Of a stretch of DNA of 64,000 bases, positions 43,425-53,833 are shown in pieces. Location: the NCBI GenBank assembly GCA_965198115.1, contig OZ240241.1:5888001-5952000 (forward strand). The letters are read 5' to 3'. The notes beneath the pieces are model-generated. The model saw only the letters and a list, made by a program, of their open reading frames with translations. It had not been told where the DNA came from and did no database searches. This stretch comes from Candidatus Latescibacterota bacterium (lineage in GTDB: Bacteria > Latescibacterota > UBA2968). Within the stretch, counting starts at the first letter, position 1; each line of letters starts with the position of its first letter. A program made the position numbers and the translations under genes.

Positions 43425-44114
43425 ATGAGCTGGGTTGCCCGAGAGCACGATCCCGAATGGCCGTTCGACCTGTTCGCAACCGATTTCCAGCTGGACTCGG
43501 TCACAGCCGCTCTGCTGGTCGTCGACATGCAAGGCAGCGATATGATGATCGATCCCAGCGGCGAGCTGGGTCAGAAGCATCCCGAGATCCCGGCCTACTA
43601 TAATCACAGAATGAAGGAAACCGTAGTTCCCAACATCGTCCGTCTTCTCGATTCTTTCCGCTCGGCCGGACGACGCGTCGTCTACACACGCAACGGACGT
43701 ATCACACCCCACGGGGCCGAAGTCACAGCGCGATTGCGTCGCCATAAACCCAAACCGGGTGCGCCTCCACGCTACAGGGGCACACCCGCCTACGACGTCA
43801 TGCCCGAGCTCGCACCACGCGAGGACGAGCTCATCGTCGACAAGCTCACCTCGGGCGCATTCAACTCGTCGATTCTCGATCACTCGCTGCGTAATATGAG
43901 CGTCACCGACGTCGTCATCGTCGGCATCGCGACGGACATGTGTGTCTTCGGTACGGCCAGAGTTGCGGCCGAGCTGGGCTACAACTCACTGCTGTGTGAA
44001 GATGGTTGCTGCACGTACACGGCACGCGCGCAGGAGGACGCGATGCTGATGCACGCCCGCGTTTTCGGCCGTGTCGCGATCACCGACGACATCATCGCCG
44101 AAATGGATAGGTAG
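43425..44114 (+). CDS. Isochorismatase/cysteine hydrolase family
   Basis: ALLVVDMQ, VDKLTSGAF, GIATDMCV. Confidence 0.9.
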   Translation: MSWVAREHDPEWPFDLFATDFQLDSVTAALLVVDMQGSDMMIDPSGELGQKHPEIPAYYNHRMKETVVPNIVRLLDSFRSAGRRVVYTRNGRITPHGAEVTARLRRHKPKPGAPPRYRGTPAYDVMPELAPREDELIVDKLTSGAFNSSILDHSLRNMSVTDVVIVGIATDMCVFGTARVAAELGYNSLLCEDGCCTYTARAQEDAMLMHARVFGRVAITDDIIAEMDR

Positions 44115-44263
44115 CAAAGGCTATGGAATGAAAAAGCCCCCACAATTTCGGAGGCTTTCGTAAATCTGATATCGATCCCACTGTTCGCGATTCCGCGAAT
44201 CTATTTGCTAGTATAGGTCTTCCTAAACACCGAACACGGAACACCTGCGGCCAATTTGCCGCG

Positions 44264-45572
44264 CTAAGCCACATCCGGCCGCTTCGACACCCCATCCTTC
44301 TCCCGCTCCGCCCGAATGAACTCCGTCAGCTCCTCGACCTTCTCGGGATACGCCTCTGACACTTCCTTCCGCTCGTACGGATCCGACCCGATATCGAAAA
44401 GTTCTGTCTTCTCGGGTCGGAATTCCTCGTCCGTACTCAGCTTCCAATCCCCGATCCGCCCCCCGAAATTTCGACCGCGGAAGTTCCAGAAAGTGTTCGA
44501 TCGATCGCATCGTTTTCTCGTGTCAGCAGCGGCCAGATGTCACGCCGTCCCACATCGGATCGTGCGATGGCGTGTAACCGATCAGGTTCGTCAGCGTCGG
44601 CATCCAATCGACCATCTGAAGCGGATGCGTCACCTTGCCCGGTTTCAGCCTACCGGGCCATCGCATCACCGTCGGTGTGCGGATACCGCCTTCATACATC
44701 TGCGCTTTCTGCCCCCTCAGAGGAAGATTACTTCCCAACCGCGGCATCTCCTCGAATCGCCCCGGATACTTGTCCGTGTCGTGCAATGGATCGTCTGGGA
44801 TCGCGCCATTGTCCGACCCGAAGATCACAATCGTGTCATCCACTTCAAGCTTCCTGGCCAACGTCTCCAACAATTGACCGATCGCCCAGTCCATATGACT
44901 CGTGTAACCGGCGTAGACTTTGAAGGAACGGTCGCGCGCAGGGTCGACGTCGTAGGTCTGGCCGCAATAAGCATCGATCCAGTGTTGCGGTGCCTTGACC
45001 GGTGTATGAACCGCCGTAAACGGAACGTAGGCGAACCACGGACCCTGCCGATCTTCGATCCACTGAATCGCCTCGTTCACGATCAAGTCCGTCACGTGGC
45101 CGCGCTCTTCCGTCAGCACCCCATTACGATGCCACGTATAGCTGAACTCGCCCTCCTTGTAGCGGTGGCTGTAAGGGTCGACTCCCCCTGCCAGACTTCC
45201 GTATGAGTGATCGAAACCAAAATTGTTCGGACAGAATTCCGGATCGGATCCGAGATGCCATTTCCCGAACAGCCCCGTCTCGTAACCCGCGTTCCTGAGC
45301 GAACCAGCGAGTGTCTCGTATCCATCCGGCAGCACTGGCGCATTCGACGGCACCGTCGCGTGTCGTCCGAACCTCCCCGGATGTCGTCCCGTCATCAACG
45401 AACACCGCGTCGGCGTACACATCGGACAGACATAATGTTGATCCAGCTCCACCCCCGTCTGCGCCAGCCGATCGATATTCGGCGTCCGAACATCCGACCC
45501 GTGATAACTAACGTCCCCCCACCCTAAATCGTCGGCGAGCATAAACAAAATGTTCGGTCTATCCTTCGCCAT
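44264..45572 (-). CDS. Arylsulfatase, frameshift near 44540
   Basis: PNILFMLADDLG, CTPTR (CxPxR), GKWHLG, HTP, SDNG, YEGGIR; C-terminus GDWKL...LFDIGSDPYE. Confidence 0.92.
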
Positions 45573-45794
45573 CACGATTCTCCCATCTCAAATCTCCGTT
45601 GTCCAATATCCGCCGATCCCTTCCAAATGGGGATCTGTTCGCAGCCGAGAGGTACATCCTGAGCGAGTCGAAGGGCTGCTCCCACCGAACAATAGGGTAC
45701 TGCCAACGGCCCACTGCCGACTCCCTACGGGCAATGGCCTAAGATCACCGCCGTAACACTCCCTCAGAGATCTCAGTGCCCTCAGTCTTGGTTC

Positions 45795-47282
45795 TCACGC
45801 CTCCGTGGCCAACCGCAGCCCCGGCGACACGAAAATCCTGTCCGCCAGATCGAAACCGCCCTGCACGATCAGCGCCAGTGCGGCGGCCGGAATCGCCCCT
45901 TCCAGTATCAATCCCATATCGTCCAGCCGAATACCCGTCAGAATCGGTTGCCCATAGCCACCGGCCCCGATCAGAGCACCCAGTGTCGCCGTACCAACGT
46001 TGATCACGGCCGCCGTTTTGATCCCAGACAAGATAGACCGCGAAGCCATCGGAAGTTCCACGAGCCACAGTCGGGCGCGTGATCTCAATCCAAGAGCAAT
46101 CGCGGACTCCTGCAGTGCGTTCGGAATGTCGTGGAGACCAGAGTAGGTATTCCTCACAATGGGCAGCAGACTGTAGAGGAACAGGGCCATGATCGCAGGC
46201 GGCCCTCCGATCCCGAGCAGGGGAATCATGAACACGAGCAGCGCCAGCGAAGGCAACGTCTGAATGATGCCAACGATCCCCAAAATGACCTGGCCGAAGC
46301 GAGTCGATTTTGCCGCACCGATCCCCAGAGGAATGGCGACTACGATCGCCGCGGAAAGGGAAATCAGGACGAGAGTGAGGTGGACCTTCGTGTTGAGGAT
46401 CAACCGGTCGACCCGGGTTTCTACCTGCACATCCGACCGAATGGCAAACTCGTCCGCCAGGAAGTCCGCGGCGACCTGACTGTCAGGAATCTTATCCAGC
46501 TTCACCCGCGCGTTCATCGCAATCATCTTCGCTTCAGGAATCCGTCCATTCAGCTGCTGGAACGCACGTACGACGTCCGGGAAGCGCGTTTCGAGATCGG
46601 CACGATAGATGATGACGGAGTTGTAGACCGGAAAGTGACTGAGGTCGTCTCGCAGGGTTCGAAGCTGGTAGTAGGCGATCTCGGCATCCGTCGAGTACAT
46701 ATCCATCGCCTGAATCGAGCCACTCTCAAGACCGCGATAGGCCAGGTCGTGATCCATTCCCTGAACATTCGAGTGAGGCAGGCTGTAACGATCTCGCATA
46801 GCCGGCCACCCATCTCCGCGATCCATGAACTCGTTCCCGAACCCCAACGTCAATTCTGGATGCCGTCTCAGGTCCGAGATTGTCGCAATTCCCAGTCGCT
46901 GCGCCACATCCTCCTTCATCCCGATCGCGTAGGTGTTGTTGAAGCCGAGCGGTTCCGCCATCCGGATCCCCTCCGCCTCGAGCGTGGCGCGCGTGTCTTC
47001 TTCCGATTCGATCCCCCGACCCGCAAAAATCTCCTGACTGATCGTCCCCGTGTACTCGACGTAAGCGTCGATGTCCCCGCTCCGCAACGCACCCCACAGG
47101 ACCCGCGTCCCTCCCAGCTCACGCCTGTGCGCAACCGAAACTCCTGCATCCCGCGCAAGATGCGTCAACACCTCTCCCAAAATCACCGACTCGGTGAATT
47201 TCTTGGACCCAACCGTCACATCCTGCGCCGCAACGCTCGTTCCAACCGCGAAGAAGAGAACCAGGCCAATCGTTTTCGTCAT
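45795..47282 (-). CDS. Betaine/osmoprotectant-type ABC transporter, fused substrate-binding protein and permease
   Basis: VGSKKFTES, YVEYTGT, GFNNTY; TM part with QTLPSLALL, LPIVRNT, TLGALIGAGG. Confidence 0.9.
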   Translation of the reverse strand: MTKTIGLVLFFAVGTSVAAQDVTVGSKKFTESVILGEVLTHLARDAGVSVAHRRELGGTRVLWGALRSGDIDAYVEYTGTISQEIFAGRGIESEEDTRATLEAEGIRMAEPLGFNNTYAIGMKEDVAQRLGIATISDLRRHPELTLGFGNEFMDRGDGWPAMRDRYSLPHSNVQGMDHDLAYRGLESGSIQAMDMYSTDAEIAYYQLRTLRDDLSHFPVYNSVIIYRADLETRFPDVVRAFQQLNGRIPEAKMIAMNARVKLDKIPDSQVAADFLADEFAIRSDVQVETRVDRLILNTKVHLTLVLISLSAAIVVAIPLGIGAAKSTRFGQVILGIVGIIQTLPSLALLVFMIPLLGIGGPPAIMALFLYSLLPIVRNTYSGLHDIPNALQESAIALGLRSRARLWLVELPMASRSILSGIKTAAVINVGTATLGALIGAGGYGQPILTGIRLDDMGLILEGAIPAAALALIVQGGFDLADRIFVSPGLRLATEA

Positions 47283-47393
47283 AGGGCCACTTTCAATCCA
47301 TATTGCACGCCCGCGATGAGTTGGGCGGAGCCCGTCTCTACCGCCCTCTGCTCACCGTCGACCGCCCCCAGTTTCTGCCTACCATCGAACACT

Positions 47394-48428
47394 TCAGTGC
47401 GTTCTCCCGGACAACGGATCACGGCCAACGCCCTTCGTCATTCTGTTCAAACTGAACCGCCGCTCCGAATCGAACCACTGCCCATTCAGCTCCAGTCCCG
47501 CCGCCGTCACGACGTCATCGATTTCCTCGAGCGAATACTTGTAAGAATTCTCCGTATGAATCGTCTCGCCCTCCGTGAACGTAACCTCGAGATCAAGCGC
47601 ATCGATCTCTATCGTCTGTTCTGTCTGACTGACGATGTACATCTCCACGCGTCCTTGGTCGGCATCGTATACCGCCTTGTGCCTGAACGTGTCGAGCTCG
47701 AAACGCCCGCCTAATTCCCTGTTGATTCGGCCGAGCAGATTCAGGTTGAACTGCGCCGTAATTCCCTTGGGCTCGTCGTAAGCCCTTTCCAGGATCGAAA
47801 TCTCCTTCCTGAGATCGATCCCGATGAGCAGCCGATCCTCGCGGGACATCGTCCCCACGATCTCGGACAGGAAAGTCGTCGCATCTGCACGATGCAGGTT
47901 TCCGATACTGGATCCCAGCCAGAGAATCAGCTCTGGACCGCTGTTCAGCTCCTTCAGCATCGAAAGACCGGTGTGGTAATCGGCCCTGACGGCCACCATC
48001 TCCAGTGCCTCGAAATCGGGCAGCAGCCCATCCGCGCTGTTCTCAATCGCCGTTCTTGAAATGTCGATCGGCATGAAATGAAGGTGGTCACGAGTGCGAA
48101 GGAGCTCTTCGATCAGCAAACGTGTCTTGACGGCGCTCCCGCTTCCCAACTCCACGAGCGTCAGATCGTCTGGCGCGTTAACGAGAATGTCTCCCGCGTG
48201 AGTGACCAGAATCTCACGTTCCGACCGTGTGAGGTAGTACTCCGGAAGCTCGCAGATCGCGTCGAACAGACCCGATCCGATTTCGTCGTAGAAGAACCTG
48301 CTGGGAAGAGACTTTCGATCCGCGGTCAAGCCATCGGCGACGGCCTCCGCGAAACCGTCTCCGTCCGCCGTATTCGCCGCCTCGATCACTTTGAATCGCT
48401 GTCTCTCGCCAACAACCATGCTTTCCAT
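47394..48428 (-). CDS. egtD: L-histidine N-alpha-methyltransferase
   Basis: FYDEIGS-LF--ICELPEYY, LVELGSG, LGSSIGN, AYD---GITAQFNLN, IHTENSYKY. Confidence 0.92.
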   Translation of the reverse strand: MESMVVGERQRFKVIEAANTADGDGFAEAVADGLTADRKSLPSRFFYDEIGSGLFDAICELPEYYLTRSEREILVTHAGDILVNAPDDLTLVELGSGSAVKTRLLIEELLRTRDHLHFMPIDISRTAIENSADGLLPDFEALEMVAVRADYHTGLSMLKELNSGPELILWLGSSIGNLHRADATTFLSEIVGTMSREDRLLIGIDLRKEISILERAYDEPKGITAQFNLNLLGRINRELGGRFELDTFRHKAVYDADQGRVEMYIVSQTEQTIEIDALDLEVTFTEGETIHTENSYKYSLEEIDDVVTAAGLELNGQWFDSERRFSLNRMTKGVGRDPLSGRTH

Positions 48429-48466
48429 GCGTCAGATTCCTATAACACCACTGATCTGAGAGGTTG

Positions 48467-49210
48467 TCATTCCTCCTCCAACGGTCGTCTCTGCGCTCGA
48501 ATGAACTGTTGAACAAAGCTATTCGCGGGACGGTTTAGCAGATCGTCGATCGATCCTCTCTGAACGACCGTCCCCTCCCGCATCAGCACAATCTCGTCTC
48601 CAAAAAATCCCGCTTCGCTCATGTCGTGTGTCACCATCACAACCGTTTTCCCGAGGGATCGAAAGATCCCACGCAACTCGTCCTGCAAGCCTACCCGAAT
48701 CATCGGGTCCAGCGCGCCCAGCGGTTCATCCAGCAACAGAACATCCGGATCGAGCATGAGCGCCCGCATCAGACTGACGCGCTGCCGCTGGCCACCCGAC
48801 AACTCGCCCGGATATCGATGCAACGCGTCCTCCGGGAAGTGCGTCAGGTCGCCCAGCTCCTTCACGCGGTGTTCGATCGTCGGAGCGACCTCCCTCAGGT
48901 GCCGAGCCATCAGCGTCACATTATCACGTGTCGTCAGATGCGGAAACAGCCCACCTTCCTGGATGACATAGCCCATCTTGAGACGCAGAAGCGGGGCATT
49001 CTCGTGTGTCAGCGTCTCGCCCTCGAAGGTCACCGTACCTGTGTCAGGGGTTATGAGACCGACCATCATCCGGATCAACGTCGACTTCCCACAACCGCTC
49101 TGTCCGATCAGCACCGTCGTCCCGCCCTCGGCCACGGCGAAATCCATCTGTCGCAGGGCCACCGTTTCCCCGAACCGCTTTGATACCCTTGTGAGTTCAA
49201 AAGTATTCAC
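48467..49210 (-). CDS. ABC transporter ATP-binding protein (OpuA/ProV-like)
   Basis: GQSGCGKS, GYVIQEGGLFPH, LSGGQRQR, LLDEP. Confidence 0.93.
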   Translation of the reverse strand: MNTFELTRVSKRFGETVALRQMDFAVAEGGTTVLIGQSGCGKSTLIRMMVGLITPDTGTVTFEGETLTHENAPLLRLKMGYVIQEGGLFPHLTTRDNVTLMARHLREVAPTIEHRVKELGDLTHFPEDALHRYPGELSGGQRQRVSLMRALMLDPDVLLLDEPLGALDPMIRVGLQDELRGIFRSLGKTVVMVTHDMSEAGFFGDEIVLMREGTVVQRGSIDDLLNRPANSFVQQFIRAQRRPLEEE

Positions 49211-50235
49211 GATAGGTATGGCCGGTTTGGGGTGGTGGAGGAGGTCTCCGGCACTCCCGCTCTCCCCGTCTCACGCTCATTTTTGACCTGCATCAGCCTG
49301 GGACTCTCTCCCCCTGCCCCCTTGCTCCCCTGCTCCCCTGCCAGCATCTCAGCCGCCACGCGATGAACAATGGCGTGAAGATCGGCCGTTGCGCTGTCCG
49401 ACGCCGCGTATCCGCCCGACAGCACAATTGCCATCGGAATGCCACGTTGCTTCGCCGTCTCCAACACGAATCGATCACGATCCGCGAGACCTTCACGCGT
49501 CAACGCCAGCCTGCCGAATCGATCGCCCTCGACCGGATCGACACCGGCGAGATAGAAAAGGAGGTCGGGCCGTGACGCGTCGACCGCCGTTTCGAGTGCA
49601 TCCTCCAGCCGCATCAGGTAGGTCACATCGTCCGCACCATCATCCAACTCGACGTCCAGATCCGATCGCTCCTTCTTGAATGGATAGTTGCGCGCTCCGT
49701 GCATCGAAAACGTGAAAACCGCCGGATCGTCTTGGAAGATGGCAGCATTGCCGTTCCCCTGGTGCACATCCAGGTCCACGAGCAGTACACGCTGCACGGC
49801 GCGATCCCGTTGCAGTGTGCGCACTGCGACCGCCACGTCGTTCAGCACACAGAATCCCTCGCTGTGTTCCGGATAGCCGTGATGCATACCGCCAGCGAGA
49901 TTGGCGGCCAGACCGTCCTCCAACGCCAAACGACCCGCCAGAGTCGTACCCTTCGTGGCCAGCCGTGACCGTCGCACGATGGCGCGTGTCCACGGCAACC
50001 CCATTCGACGCACGACCTTTCGGTTCATCAGACCGTGTCTCAGCCGGAACAAAAAGTCGGCGCCGTGAACAAGACCGAGATCCTGCCACGACGCCGGTTC
50101 GGGCGTCACGATGTCTTTATCCGTAATCAACGCTTCCGAACGGAGAACCCGAAGCAAACTCGCGAACTTCCCCATCGGAAAGCGATGCCCCTCGGGGAGA
50201 GGCGCCGTGTAGCCTTCGGCGAAGCAGACGCGCAC
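49207..50235 (-). CDS. Histone deacetylase family protein
   Basis: HRFPMGK, GGMHH, GFCVLND, VDLDVHQGNG, AGVD, GGY. Confidence 0.93.
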   Translation of the reverse strand: MRVCFAEGYTAPLPEGHRFPMGKFASLLRVLRSEALITDKDIVTPEPASWQDLGLVHGADFLFRLRHGLMNRKVVRRMGLPWTRAIVRRSRLATKGTTLAGRLALEDGLAANLAGGMHHGYPEHSEGFCVLNDVAVAVRTLQRDRAVQRVLLVDLDVHQGNGNAAIFQDDPAVFTFSMHGARNYPFKKERSDLDVELDDGADDVTYLMRLEDALETAVDASRPDLLFYLAGVDPVEGDRFGRLALTREGLADRDRFVLETAKQRGIPMAIVLSGGYAASDSATADLHAIVHRVAAEMLAGEQGSKGAGGESPRLMQVKNERETGRAGVPETSSTTPNRPYLS

Positions 50236-50238
50236 GAC

Positions 50239-51291
50239 TCAGTCCACTTCCGCCGTCTCGTGATCCAGCGTGTCCCCCAGGGTGGAAGACGTGATTCGCA
50301 GATCGGGGCAAGCCGCGCACAATGCCTGCGTCACGCGATGGACCGCCTGCTTGACACCCCACGTGGGACGTGGATGACCGATCGGCGAAGGCTTCACCAG
50401 CAGCTGGCTGGGAGGGCGATGGATCACCGCGATGGCCAGGTGCTGGGCAAAGGCTCCCTCCCGAACCATCGTCTCAACCAGCATATGCCCACGATCTCGA
50501 TCCTGAAAAGCCTGACCGAGCTTGATGACCACCCGCACACCTCCGTGATCGGCCTGCCAGGTCGATCCATCGAGCGCGTCAAGAAGCGAATCCGCGTCGA
50601 AGGACCCTTTCAGAATCACGTTCGGCACGTCCTCGACCCTCTCCTCACGCGCGACTTCTTCGACCGGCGCGAATCGCTTCCACTCGTAGTAGTGAATAGG
50701 GACGCCTGCATCGATTGCCTTGCGCTCGTACTTCGTGGGAAATCGTCCATCGATTCGATCGACAGCCACAGACGCGTGGCAGGACCGTAACATCGACTGT
50801 CGGGTGTAGGCTTCCTCGATCCATTCTGCGTAACCAACATGGTCCGTCGCGATCGTCACGATCCCGTCGGGAACCAACCTGCGTCCGACCAGCTCCAGGA
50901 AAGATGTCTGAATCAGTCTCCGCGAGTGATGTCGCTCCTTCGGCCAGGGGTCGGAAAAGTTGATGTAAATACGATCCAGTCGTTCGGGTCCAAACAAATG
51001 GTCCAGAGAAAATGCCGCATCGCCCAGAAGGATACGGATGTTGGTCAACCCATCTTGCTCGATCCGCTTGAACACACGATGCGCCGAAGCCAGAGACCGA
51101 TCGATTCCAACAAAGTCTCGTTCGGGGCGTTGTTGCGCCTGGTGGATCAGGAAGGCCCCGTTGCCAAATCCGATTTCAACCTCCAGACACGACGCTCGTC
51201 CGAAGATCTCTTCCCACTCGACAGGCCAATCCAGCTCGGTCCACGGGATCAGATGCGAGTGAAGAAGGCTGCTGAAAAGTTGTGACGTCAC
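50239..51291 (-). CDS. trmB: tRNA (guanine46-N7)-methyltransferase with C-terminal extension
   Basis: EIGFGNG, NFSDPWPKERHHSRRL, ATDH, TKYERK. Confidence 0.92.
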   Translation of the reverse strand: MTSQLFSSLLHSHLIPWTELDWPVEWEEIFGRASCLEVEIGFGNGAFLIHQAQQRPERDFVGIDRSLASAHRVFKRIEQDGLTNIRILLGDAAFSLDHLFGPERLDRIYINFSDPWPKERHHSRRLIQTSFLELVGRRLVPDGIVTIATDHVGYAEWIEEAYTRQSMLRSCHASVAVDRIDGRFPTKYERKAIDAGVPIHYYEWKRFAPVEEVAREERVEDVPNVILKGSFDADSLLDALDGSTWQADHGGVRVVIKLGQAFQDRDRGHMLVETMVREGAFAQHLAIAVIHRPPSQLLVKPSPIGHPRPTWGVKQAVHRVTQALCAACPDLRITSSTLGDTLDHETAEVD

Positions 51292-51368
51292 TGTGCTCGA
51301 ACATACCGGCGAGTCAACAACGAGTCAAATTCGCAAATGCGAGACGTGGTCGCCGGAAGGGTATCGCA

Positions 51369-52109
51369 TTACTCCTCGATCCCCCGCTCTTTCATCCACG
51401 CCAGGACGATTCGATGTGCACCGTCCTCGGCCTGCTTCCTGGGTGTGTCGCCGGTCGGATTCTTGACGGTCGGATCGGCTCCCCGTTCTATCAGCTCCTT
51501 CGCGACCGTCAGGTGACCGTTTCGGCACGCGAAACCGAACGCGCTGTCGAGCGCCGCTTTGGCGTCGCGGGGCTTATCCCAACAGGGGAGCGCCCCGGCG
51601 TCTTCGACCACGTTTCCGTCCTCATTAAAGTAGGACGCGACGAGATCCCTGCGTCCTGCACCTGCTGCAATCATCAGATTCGTCGCGGCTCCTCGGTCGA
51701 TCAACAGATTTGCGACATTGACGCACCGAAAGATGACAGCGTTCCACAAGGGCGTTGCCGCGAGAATAACACCCCCATCAGAATCGATCTTGGCTCCCGC
51801 GTCGAGCAGGATTTCCGCTAATCCTACATCATCATTGCTCGCAGCCCAATGCAGAGGGGTCTCGCGACTGTGGTCGACCTTCGCGTGCGGAATCCGCGCG
51901 TTTACATCTGCACCTGCTTCGATCAGCAGTCTTGCCACATCCGCCTGACGAGGGGTGTGGCTGGGAAAATCCGCGAGCGTGTGCAACAGGGTACGCTTAT
52001 TGTCGTCCGTCGTTTTGTGGACTAGGTTCGGATCGCCCTTCAACAGTCGTTCCAACGACCCAACGTCGCCCTCCCGTACCGCTTTTCTCGCTTGCTCGAT
52101 GACACTCAT
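51369..52109 (-). CDS. Ankyrin repeat protein
   Basis: LIEAGADVNA, TPLHWAA, LLDAGA, LIERGADP. Confidence 0.9.
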   Translation of the reverse strand: MSVIEQARKAVREGDVGSLERLLKGDPNLVHKTTDDNKRTLLHTLADFPSHTPRQADVARLLIEAGADVNARIPHAKVDHSRETPLHWAASNDDVGLAEILLDAGAKIDSDGGVILAATPLWNAVIFRCVNVANLLIDRGAATNLMIAAGAGRRDLVASYFNEDGNVVEDAGALPCWDKPRDAKAALDSAFGFACRNGHLTVAKELIERGADPTVKNPTGDTPRKQAEDGAHRIVLAWMKERGIEE

Positions 52110-52186
52110 CGATACCCTCCAGACGTTTCAATAAACAAGATGAACTTCAAGCTACATCGAAGCGTATCTCCTGTCTACAGGTTGTC

Positions 52187-53737
52187 ATGTATTGTGCTTA
52201 TCGTATACCGATCGTCCATTCCTTCGTGACTTCGAGCCTTCGTGGTGCGGTCCCTTTGAACACACCCAAGAAAATTCTCTCCGGCCTCTTCTATTCGATC
52301 GGAAGCGGCTATGTCGTCCGGATCGCGAGCGTTGGCTTTACGATCTGGCTCAAGCGTGAACTCGGACTCGAGCCCTTCGACGCGGCCCTCTTCTACTTCT
52401 TCTCCTTCTTCATGCTCGCGAATTGCACCGAAGGCCTCGGTTGGGCCCTCCTTCACTATCAAGACAGAGTCGACGAATTCCGGGAAACGCACCTGACGCT
52501 TAACCTGCTCCTTGGTCTGGCTCTGGTCGTCATCTGCGTCGCCATCGCTGCGGGTCTTCATTGGTCCGACCCCGATGCTCACGCCTGGGGCGTCGTCGCC
52601 CTACCTATCCTGGCTGTGCTCTACCTTTTCAAACGCCTCTCCACGACCTCCGAATTCTCTCTCCGTAAGGATTTCGAATTTGGACGGCTTTCCCTCATCC
52701 ACGGTCTGAGCACCATCGCCGCGCTAGCTGCCGCACTCTGGTGTGCCCGAGGCGGACTGGGCGAGTGGTCTCTGCTCATAGGTGGCTGGAGCAGCTTCTC
52801 CACTCTGTCGGCGGTCTACACCACCCTGTTCGTGACTGCTGTGCTGGCGTCGCACCCGGTCGACATCACACGACTGCGTATCGATCGTGCGTGGGCAGGT
52901 AAATTGGTTTCCTACTGCAAATGGATTTGGAGCGGATGGGTCCTGCAGATTTTCGTGTGGCACTACGACAAGCTGGTCATCGCGTGGATGCTGTCGGATC
53001 GAGACTTGACGCTTTATGAAAACGCGTGGTGGCTCATGCAGATCCCCACGGGCCTCCTCGCGCATATGATCTTCAACTACACGAACAGCCTGTATTCCCG
53101 ATACCAGCACGAGCGCGATCGACTGTCCGATTTCTTCACCAGAATGGCCAGCCTGATCGTAAGGGCCGCAACACCTGTCGCCATTCTGTTCATACTTCTT
53201 TCGGACGACATTGTTCGTGTGTTCGGGCAGGCGTGGGTTGGAACGGCGCCCATCATCGTCTGGCTGGGTGTGTTCGCCGTCTTCCGGCCGCTGTTCGAGG
53301 AATGTTACGGTCTGCTATGGGCGGTCGGCCGCACGAAACAGGCCGCGGGCGCGATGGCGATCCAGGCGTTCGCGGCGATCGCTGTCCTGCCGTTTGGGGC
53401 AGCGATGGCAGGTGTAAGAGGTGTGTCCTACGCAGTCGGTGCGGTGGCCGTCCTGGGAATCATCACGTTGGTGTCTCTGCTGAGGGACATTGTCGACGTC
53501 AGATGGACCCGCGTCGCCGTTCCACCAACGGTGGGCATCGCAACGATGGTCGGTGTCGATCGCCTCGTCACGCCCGCTGTTCCCGACTCTCTCACCGGCA
53601 TCACGCTGCACGCCGCCGTCCTGCTCGTTTCCTTCGGTGCGACGCTCCTGATACTCGAGTACCGAACCATCCGCCAGAACACAGACGACGTCATCCGCAT
53701 CCTTCGCAACCGCCCCAACGAAGACCCACAGGCGTAA
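52187..53737 (+). CDS. Oligosaccharide flippase (Wzx-like)
   Basis: Many TM segments, LRKDFEFGRL, DKLVI, FSRY-like segment. Start may be TTG 52256. Confidence 0.8.
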   Translation: MYCAYRIPIVHSFVTSSLRGAVPLNTPKKILSGLFYSIGSGYVVRIASVGFTIWLKRELGLEPFDAALFYFFSFFMLANCTEGLGWALLHYQDRVDEFRETHLTLNLLLGLALVVICVAIAAGLHWSDPDAHAWGVVALPILAVLYLFKRLSTTSEFSLRKDFEFGRLSLIHGLSTIAALAAALWCARGGLGEWSLLIGGWSSFSTLSAVYTTLFVTAVLASHPVDITRLRIDRAWAGKLVSYCKWIWSGWVLQIFVWHYDKLVIAWMLSDRDLTLYENAWWLMQIPTGLLAHMIFNYTNSLYSRYQHERDRLSDFFTRMASLIVRAATPVAILFILLSDDIVRVFGQAWVGTAPIIVWLGVFAVFRPLFEECYGLLWAVGRTKQAAGAMAIQAFAAIAVLPFGAAMAGVRGVSYAVGAVAVLGIITLVSLLRDIVDVRWTRVAVPPTVGIATMVGVDRLVTPAVPDSLTGITLHAAVLLVSFGATLLILEYRTIRQNTDDVIRILRNRPNEDPQA

Positions 53738-53833
53738 CAATATTCCGTGGGTGTTCTCCGTCGTCTCAGCTTCCTCTCAGTGATCTCAGTGGCGCCTCTC
53801 CGGTGCCTTCTGTATACCCGTAAAGTTCCAATC

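Noticed and set aside
46131-47714. Long plus-strand ORF (527 aa) and similar long antisense ORFs
   Set aside because: Shadow frames of well-supported opposite-strand genes in GC-rich DNA.
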